A DNA stretch of 64,000 nucleotides from NCBI RefSeq assembly GCF_964355755.1, contig NC_092672.1:38012437-38076436 (forward strand). Direction: 5' to 3'. The notes below the pieces were generated by a model. The model was not told the DNA's origin. It ran no database searches and worked only from the letters and a program-made list of their open reading frames with translations. This DNA is from Antedon mediterranea. Lineage: Eukaryota; Animalia; Echinodermata. This document shows positions 60,601-64,000 of the stretch, one piece after another. The number at the start of each line of letters is the position of its first letter. Position 1 is the first letter of the stretch. Position numbers and translations under genes: made by a program.

Positions 60601-63316
60601 TTACAAATATTGATATCATAATTTCAAACAGCCCATTCTTGATTCTGTTAAATGACAAAAAATATAAATATGTTATTTGAGAAGTTTGTATTCAGTTTCC
60701 CACCCCTTATCTTTTTAGTTATTAATTTTTTAAACAACTTTCCATCAATTTCTGAATCATTTATATATATTTACACATGTGTACGAATTGATAAAAGTAA
60801 CGTTCCCCTCCACAAAAACATTGTTTGTATTTATTAATAAAATGTTTCATTTTTTACATTTTTATTAATACAGTGAAAAATGCTTGTCGTTCTGAACCTT
60901 GTTTGAACGGCGGCAGTTGCAATAACTATTATGACTATTTCACCTGTACATGCCCCAGTCACTATCTTGGAGATACTTGTCAGACAGGTAAGCTAGCAAC
61001 AGCGGTGTGCTTTTACTTGTTTTTAAGCCCCTACGTCAAATAAAATGATCAGCTCTTAAGCTCTGTGATGTGCCCATATATGGACATGATGATGTCATAT
61101 TACTACCATATTTGGGCAAATCACACTTTTTTGTCAAACTAGTTTGATAGTGTAGACAGAGCTTTACTGGTCAATAAAAACAGAAGGAACGTTTACAATA
61201 TTTTGTTACAGATTATTCAATGTTATGTACGACCAACATGAAATACGGTACTTTTTGTAATTGTATTAGTATTATATTGCGACTTAGTATAGCACAAAAA
61301 CTGAGTATAGACAAAACAGTACAGTACAATAACTTGTAATTGAATTGTATTCAAGAGTGCTATTAATCTGTGGCCCACCGTTATGGCCTATGGCATGACA
61401 AGTTGAATGCCACGAGTGTGTCGATTTCGAATATAAGAATTACAATTTATAATTGTTGTTGAAATGAAATAGGTGGGCTTTCCTACTTAACTAGGTCAGC
61501 CATTAAAGAGAGGTCATGCATGAACCGCGCAGACGTAATCCTGTCAAAAACAGTTCACCACATCTAGCTATATTCTTTACTTTAAAATTTGGGACAAAAA
61601 ACTAGATTTGTTTATTTATTCACACCTTCGTGTATAGGTCTACTGAAATGAATAGACAGTCAAATTCTTCTGTTAACTACTTTTATAAATATTTAAATAT
61701 TGAAAAGTAGGGTAATGTGGTCATTCCGAGATACTGAACACGTTATCATTAATTCAATTAATTATTTATTTTGGCACACCGTCGTTAAATGTAAATAAAA
61801 TAAAATACTTTTAATACAAAACAAAATTGAATCCTTTGCTCTAAAATAGAAACACGCAATGCAATTTAAATCATCTTGAACTAAATGTAAGACGTATATT
61901 TGCAATAGTTCCACTATTATTGTTGTATTTTAGCTGCTGGTGTTTGCTACGCCAATGGTGACCCCCATTACTTGACCTTTGACATGTCATGGTACCAATT
62001 CCAAGGTATTTGTAAGTACGTATTGGTAAGAGATGGATGCGATTCAACAGCTCCAACCTTTCAAATTGACGTCATTAATTCGGATAAAACTAATGTTACT
62101 GGTTCATATACCGAGGAAGTTATCTTGACATTGTATCTATCAGTAAGTACCTTTCGAACCTTATTTTGAATATGAATTTTCTTTTTTTCTTTTAAAAGAA
62201 GAACAAAGAAAATAAAATATACATTAATAATATTGATTCAATCCCATTATAAGAAAATCTTGTGTCGGACAAGCCTGAACCCCCCCCCCCCCCGCACACA
62301 AAAATCAAATCAGTCATCAGAAAAAAAACGACATAGGGTTGCCTACTTTCATTTTAATAATCAAACATTGAACGAATAAAATAGGAGGTGAAGTAAGAAA
62401 ACAAAATAGAAGAAGGAACGAATCAAAGATGAAGGAAAAGACAAAAGAAGGCAGAGTCACTAACAAAACTTAAATGAACATTTAGATCATTGATTCTCAT
62501 AAATCTATATAATTAGTTATTATTATAAATATTCAACACACGTTGTTTTTACACAGACACTGGAACTAATGGTATCATTGAAAGCTGACCGAGTTGTATT
62601 CGTCGAGGGTCGAAGGGTCACTTTACCTGCCGAACCCATTGATGGTCTCAAGATAGAAGCAGTTGGCTTTTTTGTGGTGCGTATATAAACCCAGTTTAAC
62701 ATATAATAGGCCTATTATCATTAGTAGTATTTGTTTACGGTAAATGGTATATTTATGAAAACTAGTTCATTCATGGTATGTTTACGGGTATTACTGCATT
62801 GAACAATCTTCTTTTAGTAAGCAACAGAGCATCCTCGTTATTAAATCAAGGCAATCTAAAAACAGGATGCTTAGCTCAAAGGGTTTATATGTGGCTAGCT
62901 GCTACAGATGAAAGGTTTCACACGCCGCCGCGAAGAATATGTACAAAGTACAGTACTGTTGATATTTGTCACAGCCAGACATAAGATCAAAACATTGTTC
63001 CTATCTTTGCAAGGCGAGCCCAGTATCTTGTTGTTAGATTCCCTTAGTTCAATCACTATAGAATTAAATATCTGCAGACATAACCCTATTTAAAAATAAA
63101 ATGTATTTATCCAATGATTGATAATTCGTTTTCCAGCAAGTTACAGCCGATATATTGGATCAAGGCGTTACTACTCACTTTCACATAGAATGGGATGGTA
63201 TGCGTACGGTAGAAGTTCGTCTTCCGTATGACATATACAGCAATTCTACGTGTGGTCTTTGTGGAAACTTTGATGATATACCAGAAAACGATCTGCGATT
63301 ACAAAATGGCACCGTG
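57666..63316 (+). CDS. Gene B: paralogous 6xEGF - VWD protein, continuing beyond the window
   Basis: GT-AG exons 57666-57803, 58268-58381, 58831-58950, 59261-59374, 59680-59793, 60874-60987 (EGF, phase 1-1), 61934-62142 ([19 protein letters not shown]), 62557-62676, 63137-63316 ([12 protein letters not shown]). Confidence 0.88.
59828..60036. mobile_element. short AAGCTTGGTT MITE with internal 19-bp tandem units
   Basis: TAAGCTTGGTTCC / GGAACCAAGCTTA termini; internal AAACGCAACGCAATGACGT repeats. Confidence 0.7.
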
Positions 63317-63351
63317 GTAAGTTTAATGATTTTTTAGTCATTATTTTAACC

Positions 63352-63494
63352 TAAAGCTCTGTCTACATTATCAAACTTTATGTGACAAAAGATGTGATGT
63401 GCCCAATATGGACATGATGATGTCATATCACTACCATATTTGGGCACGTCACACTTTTTTGTCAAACTAGTTTGATAGTGCAGACAGAGCTTTA
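63352..63494. mobile_element. short MITE
   Basis: TAAAGCTCTGTCTACATTATCAAACT / AGTTTGATAGTGCAGACAGAGCTTTA inverted termini. Confidence 0.75.
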
Positions 63495-63879
63495 GTCTGA
63501 CGAAATCCAACAAAATTGGGGATGCGCCGACTTGTACTATTAATCGACATACTAGGGCTTCTTTCGTCGCAGTGAACCGACATTGGCTGACTATGCTGGT
63601 GATTCTCAATGATCCCTCAGTTTCTCCTTGAAATGTTTTGATAAACGTGAATAGTAAGCTTGAGTGCAATGATATTCACCATACACGTACAATTACTGGT
63701 ACATGGAACGTATGCGTGGGTATGTCACATCAGTAGTGTCAGGAGCAAGTTGGCAACAGAGTAAAAACACGTTTCACAGACAATAGCTTGCGTTTACTGG
63801 TGCCATCGCAACTACGTGATCTTAGTTAAAAGCATCTTCTGAGCACACATAGTAGCGGTGTCATCAGAAACGTATTTCA

Positions 63880-63954
63880 ATCACAGATGATGGGCCGAAG
63901 ACGAGAGCTAGTTCATCACAGATGATGGGCCGAAGACGAGAGCTAGTTCATCAC
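63880..63954. repeat. 35-bp tandem duplication
   Basis: ATCACAGATGATGGGCCGAAGACGAGAGCTAGTTC repeated twice. Confidence 0.85.
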
Positions 63955-64000
63955 CCATTCGAAAATATTCTTCATTATTACAGCTAATGTAATATAATGA

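Overview
AT-rich animal genomic DNA with GT-AG introns; the gene and transposon content suggests a marine invertebrate such as an echinoderm, which is inference only. All coordinates and translations were read by eye. (1) A 27-bp satellite fills 1-5854, followed by the last exon of a WSCD-like sulfotransferase gene that carries a frameshift. (2) Two + strand paralogous genes encode multi-EGF plus VWD(GDPH) proteins. Gene A (22715-43340) splices into one open frame of about 905 aa: 6 EGF, VWD-C8-TIL-TILa, 3 EGF, a transmembrane helix and a cytoplasmic tail rich in tyrosine motifs. Gene B (57666 onward) runs off the window. The two genes share a segmental duplication of the upstream region and the first visible EGF exon, then diverge. 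(3) A three-level transposon nest lies just upstream of gene A: a CsRn1-like Gypsy element contains a Penelope-like element with inverted pseudo-LTRs and hammerhead-like motifs, which in turn contains a MITE with a 9-bp target-site duplication (TSD). (4) Also present are L2-like and Tx1/L1 LINE fragments, a tyrosine-recombinase relic, a HINE/DINE-like element, several MITE families and an antisense intronic GPCR pseudogene. No prokaryotic features, CRISPR arrays or rRNA were found.
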